A stretch of 64,000 bases of DNA from Antedon mediterranea (taxonomy: Eukaryota; Animalia; Echinodermata): NCBI RefSeq assembly GCF_964355755.1, contig NC_092673.1, positions 2,356,001-2,420,000 of the forward strand. Reading direction: 5' to 3'. A program made the translations under genes and the position numbers. The notes below the pieces were generated by a model that worked only from the letters and a program-made list of their open reading frames with translations, had not been told where the DNA came from and did not search any database. Of the stretch, positions 48,087-63,553 are shown piece after piece. Every line of letters starts with the position of its first letter. The stretch's first letter is position 1.

Positions 48087-50943
48087 TTATGGTAATCTGT
48101 ATTTTTTATCTATGACCTTTTGTTTTTTACCATATTCTGAGAAACTTTATTTATTAACATTCCTAGAAATTAATGCTTTTTCATATCTGCGAGCAGCACA
48201 TCTCTAAGCAACAAGACGTTAATTTTAACTACTCTCGTTCTTTTTAACAATCCTGATGATGATGAAATGCATACTGTCAAATTATTGAATCTTGAGTGTG
48301 TGTATTTCACTGCTTGAGGCATGTGTTACACTTTCATACTTGACGAAGATGATTAGTGTACCTTCACTCGACGTATCACAAAAGAGATTGTTCCTAATAT
48401 TCTGTATATTCTTTTATTATCTTATTATCCAAAAATCATTCCCTTATTATGTACAAAACTCTGTGTATAATATTTCAAAATAATGTATTATATGTTTGTA
48501 AAGAATTTGTTTACAAATTTCATATTTTTATACAGAACATGATGATCAGTTTTCCTGTCTAGACTTATGCATATGGCACTAATCCTATCAGAATCTATCA
48601 TTTTAGTTGGATAATAAAGCTGTATTAAGTACCAATTTGTCTTCATTAACTGATCTTTAAAGATATTTATTATTTTGCCCTTTTTTATATTTATACTTTC
48701 AGTATTACAATCCTTTCTGAGATACCCATATTCATAGGACATCACTATTAAATGGACACAAACGAGGGATATTTTATGCATAATGGTAAGGGATATCTTC
48801 CTATACCCATTCCTTGCTTAGATCCCCTTTTTAAGCCTCTATGCCAGACATTTTCAAAGTATAAGTGCAATTTATAAAGACCTAGCAGTTTTCTTAGCTC
48901 AGCCCCCCAACCATGGTAGAGCTGGTTCTGGATACTATATTTCGTTTCATATTTTAAGTAAAATAAGTGCATTTTTTTCAAAATGTTCTTAGCTCAGCCT
49001 TAACCAATCATGGTGGCTGGTCCTGTAGAGTTATAATTTCATTTAATATGTCAATGTATAAGTGCAATTACCGGGGACCTAGCAGCTTTTCTTACACCCC
49101 CCTACCCCCAGACAGCAACCAGCCTACACCTCTGCTATTGATGCTCATACCTTATTCCTACACTCTCCTAGCTACAGTATACATGCACCTATTGCATGCC
49201 ATATGTCTACATCCTTCTTTATACTTGAATCCCATTGGTTTCACTATAAAATTGTATAACAATAAATGTTGATATAATGACCAGTGGTATGTTTATTTAT
49301 TCTCTTCTCCATCCAATCTGCAACCTCCCACCAAGCTTTTTCTCGTGGTCCCTAACCTTTCGTAAAATTCATAAATTATAAGCTTTATAGGGTGAGTTGA
49401 TGAGTACCAAAGTTACAATCTTTTTATTATTCTACAGTTGTTTGATGACATAGAGCCATGACTGGCATTTTTGTTAAAGATATATTGTCCCCCTAAATAA
49501 TTTTTTTTTTTTTTCAAATTTTTGTTGAATATGCCCATTTTAATATCACCTAATAGTTATTCACTTGATAAAAAAAACTGATTTACGTAAAAAAAATTTA
49601 ATGTAAAGCAAAAAGTACTTAAATTTACTGTCTTTTTTGGTTAAAATTAACTGTTTCTTTTGTCTTTTGATAAGTGAAATCATAAGTGTTTTACAGAAGT
49701 GAATAACTTCAAAATGACCTATTTAAAGTTTGATTTTATTAATCTTCATTTTTCATGTTTTTGGGGGACGATACACCAACTTGAAAAATCTGACCTCAAT
49801 ATGAAGTAATGTCCGCCTCATAACAGTTTTTAAATGATATAACAATTTACATAATATCAAGGTCCATGAAAATCAATCTGTTTTTCTTAATAAAACGTAA
49901 GGAACCCACAATTTCCATAAAACCTTAATCAGTTTCTCTGTATTTCCTATTAACTGCATTTAGCTGTAGATTTTGCAACATCTGCTATGAAAATTGATGT
50001 ATTTGCTGATTATACAGTATAAAACATAAATAAAATTATATTTATACTCTCAATTATGTATTAATAAATCAATAAAGCATTAATAAATTACAGTTGATAT
50101 AATTAATTCCATTTCATTAAAAAAATGTTTCAATGTTTTAAAGATTTGTTAATAAACCATCCTGATTAAAAATTCTCTTGCTATGAGAAATAATCTGCAA
50201 GGAAAAAATGTTTGTTTATACCAACCCCATAATTGTGTATGCTATATGTATTATATCTCTATTGATTTGTTTATTAAATTTCCATCACAATAATAGCAAC
50301 ATAATGAGCCTCGTTCTTGTAGCTTTAGACTTTAGCTTCCCTCTTGGGAAATCATGACGCCATCACTCTACCAACACTGTCATGTCACAAGCAACATATA
50401 ATCCACCAAGGCCACTTTATTATATCAATTAAAATATGTAAATAATTGATTTAAACATTTCAGTTTAGTGTAAAAATAAACCACGGAAAACAATATAGAT
50501 TGTAATTACAAAAAGGAAACAAATTGAGTGACATGACAAGACAGTAGACGCATCTCAGACACTTAAAACCAGTTTTTTACAACATACTTAAAAAAAAACT
50601 CATTTTTATTGAATGTCATCCTTTGCCACAGATGTTACTTGGAAGTATTCATGGGAAGTGTCCGTATAGCCTGCATTTCTTATAACATCCATTAGTGTCA
50701 AGTCTATTATGATTTATTATATATCATTTAACCATTTATTATAAACATAACAATTTTCCAACTAGTGTACAATCATAGAAGATGATTCAGCAGGTGCCAA
50801 ACAACCAATCTGCATGTTGGAGGACAGCTAGCCTAGCATCACGGTAAGATAACCACGTAAAATCAACCATTTTAAAACTATTATGTTAATTTTGTTTCAA
50901 GTTGTTACCTCCATCAGTTTTTATCTATCTGCATTATAATAAT

Positions 50944-51481
50944 ATGCCGGTTTTAAGATCAAATTTATCTTAAAAGGAGTTACTCACTGTATTTCATAAT
51001 AGAGGTGTTAAAACAACTGTGCGGCATCATTTTGCTGTATACAAGTTCACTATGTTGTTGTATATACCTGATATGCACCTAAAGAGCAATCAGAAATAGG
51101 ACCTCATGGGTATCGTTTATGCCGGTTTTAAGATCAAATTTATTTTAAAAGGAGTTACTGTATTTCATAATTCATATTAAAACAACTAGAGTCAACTGTG
51201 TGACATCATCACTTTGCTGTATTCGAAGTTCAAAATATATTTGTATAACACCTGATACAGGTATACACCAAATAGGCCCTCATGGGTATCTTATATGCCG
51301 GTTTTAAGATCAAATTTATTTTAAAATGTGTTGCTCGCTGTATTTTTTAATCATATTAAAACAACTAGAGTCAACTGTGCGGCATCAACACTTTTCTGTA
51401 TTCAAGTTCACAATATATTTGTATAACACCTGATAGGCACCTAAAGAGAAATCAGAAATAGTTCCTCATGGGTATCTTATG
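50944..51481. repeat. Three tandem ~176-bp units
   Basis: ATGCCGGTTTTAAGATCAAATTT starts at 50944, 51119 and 51295. Confidence 0.85.
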
Positions 51482-51699
51482 CTACATGATAAAATGTATC
51501 GTCATTAATTTTAGGACAAGTGTGGATTGAAAGTTTAACACACAGTGGATATAAATCATTAACACATATACAAACATTTTAAGACTCTTGAAAGCAAGTT
51601 CCCCCCCCCCCCCCTCGTCTCGAGTTATCCCTCGATTAATTTGCATCGGTAACAATAGAAGTGATGAGTTATTGTCTTAAGAAATAATTATAATGATTT

Positions 51700-52650
51700 A
51701 TAACTCTTGAGATTGGTTAAAGCTATCAACCAATCAGAAGATGGGAATTCTAATTTCAGTAATTGTTTTCAGTTGATATGGGGATTCAATCATTGGCTGA
51801 ACATGATCAACAAAACACTGCTTCTGGTAAAGGTAAGATTTTTAAACATTTCAATATAACATACAGTGCATTAACACTAGCCGTCGTATGCATTACACGA
51901 TGTAGGATGTGCATGAGATTTATTTGATACAATTACAAATTTTATTCAAAGTTTACCTGTGTGTATAAACACCAGCTGATTTCATTACAGTTCATTCATT
52001 CTGCTTCGCCAATTTCAGAATTTTTTATTCTTATTGTAGAGCCTAAAGTCTACACTATCAAACTTTATGTGACAAAATAATGTGATGTGCCCATATATGG
52101 ACATGACGATGTCATATCACTACCATATGTGGGCATATCACTACCCTATATGGGCACATCACACTTTTTTTGTCAAACTAGTTTGATAGTGTAGACAGAG
52201 CTTCAGATTACCTTTCACAACTTTATAACTGATTCTTGGGGTAAAATAGGCCTTCCAAGCCCATTTGCAATACAGACTTCATTTATATATTTGTCACCGA
52301 TTGGCTATTTAACAGACAGAAGGCAAATCGCTAACCAAGATCGAGATACATTTTTTTAGTGGTGTAACAGCTATGATCACTCACTGGCTAAACCCAGCAA
52401 CTTCCCAGCGTTAGAGGACCCCTTAGGAGCACTAAACTCTGCATTGCATCACTGTGAACAGGATGAATAGGCTACCAATGGTTGTCTCCGATCAGGATTC
52501 CAGTGATTCAGGCCATTTACCACAGAGTCATATGATTTTACAAGATTTCAAATTAATATAACATATTTACAAATAAAGTGAATCCATTATCAACATTTTT
52601 TCCATTAGACGATACACAATCTCAAGTTTTACAACCTTAGTACTTGAATG
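51700..52650 (+). promoter_or_regulatory. Candidate promoter and non-coding 5' exons of the second receptor gene
   Basis: AACCAATCAG near 51728; donor AAG|GTAAGA at 51833; small exon 52609-52650 (ttag|...|gtgagt). Confidence 0.4.
52040..52202. mobile_element. MITE family A copy
   Basis: Family A TIRs. Confidence 0.8.
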
Positions 52651-55250
52651 GTGAGTAAAATTTCATTTATTTTATTGTTACACTTTAAAAAGGTCAACCC
52701 ACAGTAAGTAGTACTAGAGGATGATGTGTATTGCTTAACATGGCTTATGATATTAGTTGATTAAGCCTTTATGTCATCACAAGTTTGGATGTAACATGGT
52801 ATAATTTACTCAATACTCAAAAGACTAAGATCCTTATATAAATCAAAAATTCTTTGTGAAAACAAACTGAACAATGCGTGGTAAATTATTTCAAACCGGA
52901 TGCTTGGAAAATCAGATTTCTCACTAAAAGTCACTATCCTCATCATCATCATATATATATAAATAAATTTGTTGAAAGTTAGAAAAAATGGTCCATCTTC
53001 AAAGTGCATTTTGGAGTAATAAAAATATAATGGACATTTCTAAAACTAGTAGAATGTGTATTGCTTCATTTTCATCATTTCATTTTAAGCAAAACATTGC
53101 CTTGACAATCAACTAATATTAATAAGAAAATTGTTTTGGATGTTACGTTTATTGTAAATACATAACAGGAAATTAAAACGAAATAAGTCCAATGAAGAAA
53201 TTCTAAAAAGCAACTAATTATGTAACATAAATCAAAGTTTAAATAACAAAAGACCGATTGTCTTACATCCTGTTTTTTAAATAAAAACTTAGCTTTTACA
53301 GAGTCGCATTGTTTATTCAAACTAGGTTTTAATTGTCTGATGTACAGTATTTCATAAATAAGACAGTCAAATTTGTTTTTGCATTTCCTAAGTATACTAA
53401 AACCTGAATTGGGTTAACAGTCGCATTATGATTTTTGAAATGCTGTCCTATTAAACATCATTATGTTCAACAACATGTTGGTAGAGGTGTCGGCATGTAT
53501 ATCCAACAAATGTTATTTTCTATTGTCTGTAAAAAAAAATTCTGTAAATGAATAGTGAATTAGTTCCCTTGTTGTTGTTGTAACGATGAGTAAATAAATG
53601 TGAATTGAATTGAATTGTTCAGACCCTAGTACAAGCAGCCCATCTCTTCAACACCGATTGTTACAATAAAATAAAATATGTACTGAAGTACCTGTAACTA
53701 TTGTTATTAATTATATTTATATTATTTATTTCTTGCACATCCCACAGCCAGGATTTTCATCAAACAATTTTCATTGCAAATAGGAGGAAACTTATTCCTG
53801 ATAAAATATCATATGGTAAATAACATTAATTTAATTCAATTCAAAATTCTTTAATCATCCCAGATGGGGAAATTCAAATAAAAAGGTCTGGATTAAAATG
53901 ATCAAGATTCAAAGTTAAGGGTCTGATGGCCACTGGCAAAACCGAATTTCTAATTTTTAATATTATTACGATAGTTATTATTATTATGACGATAGTTATT
54001 CATATTATTATGAAAGTTATTAATATTATTACCATGTATAAATAAATATAGCACAAGATTTAGATAGCATGTCTCAAATTTGTTTAATTAAAATCTTCAA
54101 CTGTATGTATATTTGGATCATAAAAGTAATGATTAGATTAGCCTATCCATGCTAATGACCTATCTTACTGTAAACACCATTCTATTATCAAAGGTGAATA
54201 ACCTTTGGTAATGTTGATTAAATACAATAAACGTCCCTGCTAAATGACTAATTAACACAAGCACAGTACGTTACCATTTCTAGGAAAAGATTACATGGCC
54301 TTTGCTGCCTTAGTTTCAATTGTAAAAAAAAATGACATTTTGAAACTTTATCATCCACATAGTATAAATTTCATTTTAGCAGCAAACATAAGAATCAACT
54401 CTGTTGACCTTAGTACTGTCAAATCTACAAACGTTTTGACTTTTTAAAAAGAGCTTTTTTACCTGGAGGTTTGGGAGACTGTAATGTACAGCTCCAAGCT
54501 TGTTCAGTAGCACACTCCCTCCACCACCCTCCCCGCTCTTATTTGTTGGTGAAGTGCCTTTCTATATTTTGAAAAGGGCACCTTACACCAGCAGTGAAAG
54601 CGATGGTAAATGAACCTAAAGATGGAAGAATTAAACACTCTATGGCCTTATTAAAGTAGCTGTTGAAATAAAGAAGCTCTCACTTAAGTAAGAGCTTACC
54701 ATCACCTTCCCTTTTGTTGTTTTCCACCTACCGTAAGCTAATGCTGCATCCATGCAGTCACTATATAGTTCCAAATACAACAATAATCAATAACCAATTT
54801 AGGCTCCTCGCATCTCGATTAGTAGACAACATAAAGAACGCAAATCACTGCACAGGCAAACATGCTAATGAGTAAGAAATGTTGCTGTTATGAGCTTACT
54901 CCTGCACTTATTGGTGGTTAAACAAATCCAAATAATATTGGTACTGGCACAGGATTTTATAAATGTATATTGATTTTGTGAATGCTACTGTGATGATCGC
55001 TTTGTATGTATGTCTAATGTGAAACCCCGTGTGAAACGTACATTAATAGATTATTAGAGTATTACAGTACTACATATATAACTATGATATTGATTGTGTT
55101 CTATTACGATTAAACAAGACATAGATATCATAAATAATTCATCTCAGAAACCCTAATCTACTGTTCTTTTCATAAATTTATAAACATTATGTATTAATCT
55201 TTTCAGGTTTCCAATTGTTTTCAACGATAACAATTAATTATCACCTTACC

Positions 55251-58200
55251 ATGTACATTGTGGGTGTTGTTCTACTGAGCATTCTCCTGGGAGTGGAATG
55301 TGGGCCAATTACAAATTCAACTTGCCCGACTTTTGAACATGGTAAGTTAATTAATAATTTGATATACTTACATAACATTATTATAAATGTTTAACCATAC
55401 TGCAAGAACAGTTAACTGCCTATTGCTTGCGCCAAGATTGTAATTGATGATATGCCGAATAAATATTATTATTATTATTATAGAATTTGATCTTTAGTTA
55501 CATAATACTAACCTATCATGACTGAATGATATTACAGTATTATTCATCATAGCCAAAAGCGTGTAAATTTAATCTTAATGCATAGATATCCAATTCCATA
55601 ACAAGCCATGCTTTTTATGCGAGTTAAATGTAATCATTTTGTGTACATTAACGAGCCTAGTACTGTTACATTAGCAGCAAAAAGTAAGTAATTTGAGAAT
55701 ATGAAGCGCACTAGGTCTTAAGGAAGGGTATTATTAAATTATCGACGATTTCGGTATCGATTGATGAACATTTGGTTTAATACCATCTCACACATTGTAC
55801 AAAGAAACTATAGTTTGATTAAACTTTACAAGAAATCATAACCCTATGATATTTATTAATAATTTGGGTGGGCATAATCTGAATCAAAATGCTTCAAAGG
55901 TGACAACAAAAATGAATGCTTGATCATGATTATTGTAATTCTTATGATTTTAATGATTACGTATTGTTGTTATTGAAACAGTCGGGCATCAGTCTTTACA
56001 AATCAGCGTAAACATTATTGACATTATCGAAATTAGTTACATTATAAGAAGAGAGGTGTAATGGAAATTAATTTTTGACCCGATAGCGATCGGTGCCATA
56101 TTGTCTGTTTCTTCTTAATGCGTCTTGTCTGATAGGATTCAATACCCTTTTCACAGATGCAAAAAGTAACTTGTTACCAGGTTTGCATAGTGCGAATACA
56201 ATTTTGTGGAAAATCTCACAGATGAGAGGTCTGTTTTTGTCTTGAGATGTTCCGAGTTCTTACTGCGCACGCATGTATTACCCTGGTATTTAAACTGACC
56301 AATCATAGTAATCAAATAGCCAGCAATTATGCTTTTTTTTTTCTGGGATTTCTCAGGGTTCCTATATGTGTGTATGAAAGCGTGTAATAAATCGATTATA
56401 AAATCTGGTTACAAGTTGTGACAATTTATGCAGATGTGAAAAGGGTATAAATGAACGTTTTCATGTGTATAAATGTAGTACATATTTTAGGAACAGGGGA
56501 TTGATCATCGGGTGAATATAGTGTGAACAGGTAGCTGCTTTGGGTTCTTAAGCTGGGATCACACCAAGCCCAGGTGACCTGATAGCGATATGTACCATAT
56601 TGTCTGTTTCTTCTTAATGCATCTTATCTGATGGGATTCTAAATTAATGGTTTCACATGTTATTAAATATAGTAAATATTGTAGGAATCGGCGATTGATC
56701 GTCGGGTGAATATAGTGCGGACAGGTAGCTGCATTGGGTTCTTAAGGTGTGTTCACACCAAGCCCAGTTAGCTGTACAGATTCAATGTGTTTAAAGCTAT
56801 CATGGCTGTCCTCTATAACCTATTTGTTATGACCTTTTGAATGTAGCTCAAACAATATAATAAAATTAAAACAGATCATTGTGTTCTTTTGTTTACGAAT
56901 TTACTTTAATTTGAATAATTGAGTATGAGAGATAAGTTGATCAAAAATGAGCTGGGTTTCATAATTTATTAATATTATATTGACTTGTAATGTAATGTAT
57001 AAAGAAACAAAGAGATTAGCACCTACTTATGCATGTAATATCAGAAAGTGATATTAAAATATATCTACTAGCCTAAAAATACTACTAGTAATTTGTGCAT
57101 TATATTATACAGTCAACACTCCCAATACCAGACTCTCTGAAAACCAGAAACTCTCCCAATACCAGACTCCCTGAAAACCAGAAACTCTCCTATTATTGGT
57201 CTCTCTAAAAACCAGGTAACTCTCCCAAACCAGACTTTTCTGGAGGTCCAAAAGGTACCAAATTCATTTTTACCATTAAAAACACATTCTGAATACCAGA
57301 CTTTCCGGAAAACAAGACATATTTGGCCAGCCCAAAGGTGTCCGGTATTGGAATAGTTGACTGTATTTAATAATCTAGAATCTTTGACACAAAAAAATGT
57401 ACTCTACTATGTTATACCACAATAATTTGTCCTAATACTATAGTGTATATGATCCCTTGTGGCCTATGTTTTTGTTAACTTCTCTGATCCACCCATGTAA
57501 TCGCCCACAACTTGACCGAATATGGACGTGTCATAATATATACTGTGATAATCATAATTTAAGTCATTTATTTGCATATAAACAACTAACTTTTACTATC
57601 CAAATCAAAACAAATTTGATAAAGTATTCATTAATTCTTAACATTTTTTCCTAAATCTGACATTATTAATCTGTATTATTAAATTCAATCTTTTTAACGA
57701 TGAAAATTTACATAAATCTTGAATTAATCAGCAGCATCCCTTTTAATCAAATGTCTTTTAGTTCATATTTTAATTTACATAATCTAGGGATTATAGATCC
57801 AAACTTTTCATTATTAACATTGATCTATAAATCAAAAGTAATCAATCTATAAGGATTGAGGTTTATGTGCGACTTTACTCAAGTGAGGTTTAAGGTCAAT
57901 TTACACGGACGAGCGGTAATGTAGAATCTATGTTATTCGTTACAACCATTTACACACAACGCCGATCAGATGGGTGGTTTAGATACAGATTGTGAGACAA
58001 GCTACGCACTTATCCGTTTACTGTTACCACGCCTCTGTGTAAATTGGTCTTTGCGCACAATGAAGAAAGATGGTGATTATGAGGGAAAGGGAGGGGGTTT
58101 GGGTCTGGTGGAAATGGGTTGGTAGAGAAGAAATCCATATTTACAAAACACATATTTTTTCTAATCTCAATTTTCTCTTTACCATTAACAATATATTTTA

Positions 58201-61200
58201 CATTAAGGAAACACGCACGTTTTGCAATTTTTTAAGTAGTTTATATCAGCTGCTGCATTTACTGATTATTTTCGAGAGCTTTTCCAACTTTCGTAAGTCC
58301 TTGATTGACACCAAAGTGTTTAAAAGGTGATGTCGTGAATAATTTTGTCGAACGTCCGACAGCAGAATAAAATTGAGATAAACTCGAGTTTGATGAAAAA
58401 AATGTTTCGTTGTTACGCATAATAATATATTCTGAAAGTTAAAATAAGAATCAAATTTATTAGGTGAACGTAATAGGCCTGAGCTCTACAGAATAAACTG
58501 TTCCATCATTAACTCAACAGAAAAGAGTAGTAGATAAACTCGTATTAAGCATACACATTCAAGAGCTGGCAACGTGTCCTCTGAGTGTCCCAAAAAAAAA
58601 AATACATACAAATTAGTACAAAATAATTTAAATATGTTTTTCTTTTGGTTACATCTCAAACTAAATCTACAAGCACGAATGTGCGATACTTGGGGTACAG
58701 CAAAAGAAGCTGTAATGACGTCATAAGACCGGATGTAACGTCACATACACATCAATAACCTCGCTACCAAATACGGCTATATGGTACCATCTTCGAGACG
58801 TGATATGGCTGCAACCGGTTTGAAATTTAAAAAATCCGGTTCTATAGCTTTGAGGACATGTCCCTGTAGTATATTCATGCCAAATCCCAGCTCAATGCTA
58901 CAATGAATAAGGGAGGAGTAGTACTTTATAAATCCCATTTTTTTACTCAATAATGTCCAGATGGAGGAGGAGAAAATGAGTAAGTCCTAGACTCGGGTAC
59001 ACCCCGAGTAAAAACATTAGTCATTCTTACTTTCATACTTAGTCATTGTCAAAGAAATAATGCCGCTATGAAATACCAATAAAGGTAAACCACCGAACTC
59101 TAACTACATATTTCTAAATCTTTGTTTATCGTCATTTTTTATTTTTAGTACGTCTAATGAAAGCAGTCGAGTTTAATTAAAGAAGCTTCGGTGATTATTT
59201 GAGATAGACTTTTAAATGTAGCAAATAATTAAGTTTTAACACATTATTTTTTAAAGTTGTTAAACTTCATGATTACAATTGTGTACTTTATCTTAAAAAT
59301 TTAAGCAAAGTTGACAATGTTTTGTACATATTGTATGTAGGATGTCTACAATAGATAACTACTATACAAGATTATATCGCAAGTATACACTGGCTTTAAA
59401 GGATCAAAGGACAACACTGTAGAAAAGTGGCTGGATATTAATTAAGATACAAAAACTTAAAATTAAATGTGACATTCGTCATTTTGAGAGAAAAAACTTA
59501 TTTTGTGATTTAATGTTAGGTTCAATGTATCTGCCAAGCAAGTTCAACTATAACAAACTTTTTTTTCTTTTTTATTTTACACTTTTTTTTCTTTACTTTT
59601 ACAGAGCATTGAGACTTTTAGCATGTACTACACAATACTAGTATTTTAATCCAAAGTTAATGTTATTCATTAAATTATTCATGTTTTAAAAAACACAAAA
59701 GGTTTTGAATATTGTAGGGTTACAGTATTATTCACTACCACTAACAGTATGCCGACTTCTTTGTTTAATCTATTTTCTGGGTGTGTGTATGAATTTACCA
59801 TTCATAGTTTTTATTTTTCGTTGTGTGTATGCATTTAATATTTCTAGTTTGATGAACAATAGATAAACCCTTATGAATAAATTACAGTCTAAAACTATTT
59901 ATTCACTTAAGTACAACTAGTAAATACAATAAGATATGAATATTCATTCTTAATATATGAATATTCATTAAACAAGATAGTAACATTAATTCATTTTCAT
60001 TGCCTGTAAATTAACATATAAATGTGGTGGTAAATATTAGTATTAATTTACACGGACGAGCGGTAACGATAATAAAAATATAGAATCTATGTTAATATTC
60101 CTTATGACCATTTACACAAAACCCACAGTGGATGGGTTTTTTTTTTTGCTCAGGAGATTCTACATGATTTTCTGCTTACTGTTACCGCTCGTTGTGTAAA
60201 TTGGCCTTAAGTCAATCCTAACATCATGAATAATATTTACTATATTGTGTATCATAGGCTGATCTACATAACATTTTCAAAAATAGAACGCAAAAGGTAG
60301 AACATTAGGTTTAAGTTCAGCACCTTATTTTACAGTTGTTAGGCCTGTAATATTGCGCCCACTCAATAGGTAAACTTCTGACAATTCTTCAGTCTTCCAC
60401 TCGACTCATTCACTACAGTACTATGATGGCTTTATTTATTATTAATTTTTTTCATTAATTATCAAGAAAAAACAATCTATACTCTATTCCACCTTCACTT
60501 CTACCTGTCTTTCATATCATTGATAATATTATAGCCCAGGCATGTTTTCCCAAGACATACGCCCATGAACACTTAACTGAAATTAATTTGTTCACAGTAT
60601 TGTAAGCAATATCAACCCCTGTGACTATATACCTAAATAATTTATGAAGTGAATGCTGTTAAAGTAATCTGTTTCTATAATAATGATAAATTTAATTTGT
60701 AAAATTAATTTTATGAAAATTATATACAATATGGTACTTTTGCATATAATGGAGATTTCTTTTTTATATTTTTATAACTGTATTGTTATAACAAAGGAAA
60801 TAAATATCGCACACTTTGTTATATATTTGTGATTTTAAATCAATAAATTACTTAAAAAAAACTTTTACTACAGCAGTAGAAGTAAAAAGCACCCTATTTT
60901 CATAATTTGCTTTTTATTTCTGAAGTTTTCAGCAAATTTAAAACAATAAAAAGTACAGTACATAGGCCTACACGTGGGCCTCCTTCGCGAGTTCTGTGAT
61001 GGAAAAACAATTGGCGGAGAGAAAAACATTCAATACACTTGACTGCACAAGACGTCATAAGACGGGGATATAACAGCTTTTGCTTTCACAGGTTGCCCGT
61101 CTCGCACTGCAGGGAATATTTCCTAGTAATATTACTCAGTGTTGAGCTTGATGCCGGCACCGCTCCCTGAAACAGAAAACCTTACCGGCATAGTAATAGA

Positions 61201-63466
61201 ATATATTCCTGGCACAACAAAGTTTTATTAAATGTCTCATCTTTGGATTTGATGATAAGCTATACTTCTGTATATACGTTAATACATCTGTCCAATGATG
61301 TTGGATCATTTTACTGATTGAAAGCAGATTCATAAACTGAACATTAAAGCCCCATTCCCTACGTTTTTTAGATCTAATTTAAGATCACAAACTATATTTA
61401 ATGTAAAAATAATACTATATGGTCCTATTGCGATAACTTTTTTCGTCTTTAAACGGTTAAAAATGTGAAAAATAAATCGATTTTAATAATTATAGCGGCC
61501 CGCTATAAATCCCAAAATGCATTGCGCGCGGATTGATATTGTTGTTTTTCACCTGTAATTCGCCCACTTTTCGATCGATCGTGAAGCCAAAACAAATGGA
61601 AGACTCCTAACTTTTCAGCGAAAATACCGGGTTTTCCCCAATTTGTATCAACGGAGTCTGGCAAAAATAGAAAGACAATTAATGCAGCAACTATACAACG
61701 TCAGGCTAGGTATATAGCTAGCGTACGATGTTCGTACGTTACCGATGTTTACCAGCTAGGCCTACAAAACTAAGCCTAGCTAGGCTAGGCCTGAGACCGT
61801 CCACAAGAGGTCGATCGCCGCGAGCTACTTAGGTAGTGCATTGTTTCTCACTTTTTATCATAATTTACCATAAAACGTACATTTAAGACAAGGAATGACA
61901 TGGTTTAATGTTTTTAAAGTGATATATATGTATTATTTTCCAAAAAACGTCCAAAATTGCAGGGAAGGGGTCTTTAACATTATAATGTGCTTCAATTTAT
62001 TATTAGCTAAGGCAACATTAATGTTTCAATGTCCACTTACTGTTTTTGTATTTTACCTTTTTAGAAAGACTCAATGTGTTTGTTGGTGACGATATTATGA
62101 TTGAATGTCCTGTGCCAGGTAACGCATCATCGCACACTTGGTATAAAGACGGCAGTCAACTTATATATGACACGCAACTGTACATAAAGCAAGCGAGCAC
62201 TGAGGATAAAGGACTGTACACGTGCTATGGAATGTATGAGTCAATACAATGTTCTGCAAATTTCTCTGTTGATACTCACGGTAAGAAGTCGTTAAAGAGA
62301 CTTTATTCAGCATGACACAATTTTTTTTTTTTTTACCATATTTAATGAGGGTGATCCATCCAGCAATCGCTGATCATTAGGGACCCTCAGAGGTTCACAA
62401 ACATATACACAAGATGCTCTACATAAACAAAGTCTTATTACATGTCTTTGGGAGTGGAGTTGTAATTTTGTCCTTAGAAAAAATCCTGACATGTGACGGG
62501 ACTTGAACAGGACCCTTGGAGTGGTAGCCAAGCATCATAACCACCAAGCCATAACTCCACAATGCCATGAAGGTCACATTTGTTTTTGTATTGGTGTCTA
62601 CCAACTAGTTGTGCATTGGAAAGCCTTGATGAAGGAAAAGACAGTGTTATTAAAATGATGTTGTCATTTGAACATGTTACATTTTACAATATTAAATAAC
62701 GATAATAAAGTAATCATAAATAATATTTAGTATACATAATGTTTAACAATTACTCAATGAGTAACTTTCTGCAATTGTTTTGATTTTATTGTTATGTGAA
62801 ATGTTTGGCCTTCCAAAAAAAATTGCAATTTTTTTGTTTGACCTTTTGTTGATCGAACATATACGGGCCTCGCGTCCTTGGACAGTAAATTCCCCCGAAT
62901 GGGATACGTCTTCAAAAGGTTAAAAGAAGAATTATTTTGATTTTCAGATTGCTTGATTAGCAGCTCTGACAGCCCAAAGCCAAAGGAAGGAGAAGTTGCA
63001 GTAAAGAAATCTATAGATACTGGTGCTGATTATGAGTTGGATTGCTCCTTGTCCAATCCAGAAGCTCCAAATGTGACTGTGAGATGGACAAAAAATAGTC
63101 GGCCACTTCAAAATGAGGTAAATTTATTAGCCGATTCTCGGTCGGTACTGTGACTGTGACATTTGTTTGGTTTGCTTGCAATTTAATTTAAGCCCTCATC
63201 CCCTCCAACAACCCACTCCTCCAACCCCCTCCCCCTGACTCTAAGTCCAGAGTTAGGTATGAGCAGGAAAAGTAGTGAAAGTACACTTAATTTAACTCTT
63301 CCATGGTGTGAATATGGTAATAAAAATGTTTATATTTTAACTTGACAGAACTCTTCAGTTTTCATATATACGATTAGAAATGCCGGTCTGTCTGAAGTAG
63401 GCATGTATTATTGCTATGTAGAGAACTGTGCTGGCTCTATTTATCGAAGTTTTGATATCAAATTAT
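55251..63466 (+). CDS. Ig-domain receptor, tandem paralogue of the FGFR-like gene (5' part; continues beyond the window)
   Basis: Exons 55251-55341 (signal MYIVGVVLLSILLGVEC), 62065-62280 (Ig: IECP..WYKDG..DKGLYTC), 62948-63117 and 63349-63466 (Ig: LDCSL..VRWTKN..GMYYCYVENC). Exon phases match gene 1 Ig1/Ig2. Confidence 0.8.
56143..56448. mobile_element. MITE
   Basis: TIR TACCCTTTTCACA..TGCA / TGCAGATGTGAAAAGGGTA. Confidence 0.6.
57110..57363. mobile_element. TA-flanked Tc1/mariner(pogo)-like MITE with internal ~33-bp repeats
   Basis: TA|CAGTCAACACTCCCAATACC...GGTATTGGAATAGTTGACTG|TA; partial relative at 35040-35171. Confidence 0.75.
58667..59013 (+). mobile_element. Helentron/HINE-like element family C
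   Basis: Inverted homologue of 5386-5724. Confidence 0.6.
61348..61973. mobile_element. TTAA-flanked non-autonomous transposon (Kolobok-like)
   Basis: TTAA|AGCCCCATTCCCT...AGGGAAGGGGTCT|TTAA. Confidence 0.75.
62321..62560 (-). mobile_element. tRNA-derived SINE with poly(A) tail
   Basis: Minus-strand head GGCTTGGTGGTTA...GTTCAAGTCC; A-run at 62321-62334. Confidence 0.65.
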
Positions 63467-63553
63467 GTGAGTACATCATACATATGGTACACCATTTTTA
63501 TGTAGGATGCAGTGCTAAAAAGTGGAAAACGTTTGAGCACAGGGTAAATCTAA

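Noticed and set aside
48760-49370. Possible solo LTR (internal repeats, AATAAA near 49261)
   Set aside because: No clean TG...CA ends or target duplication could be read.
56080-56770. Short local duplications (56080/56580 and 56487/56683)
   Set aside because: Simple diverged duplications around a MITE; no coding or structural signal seen.
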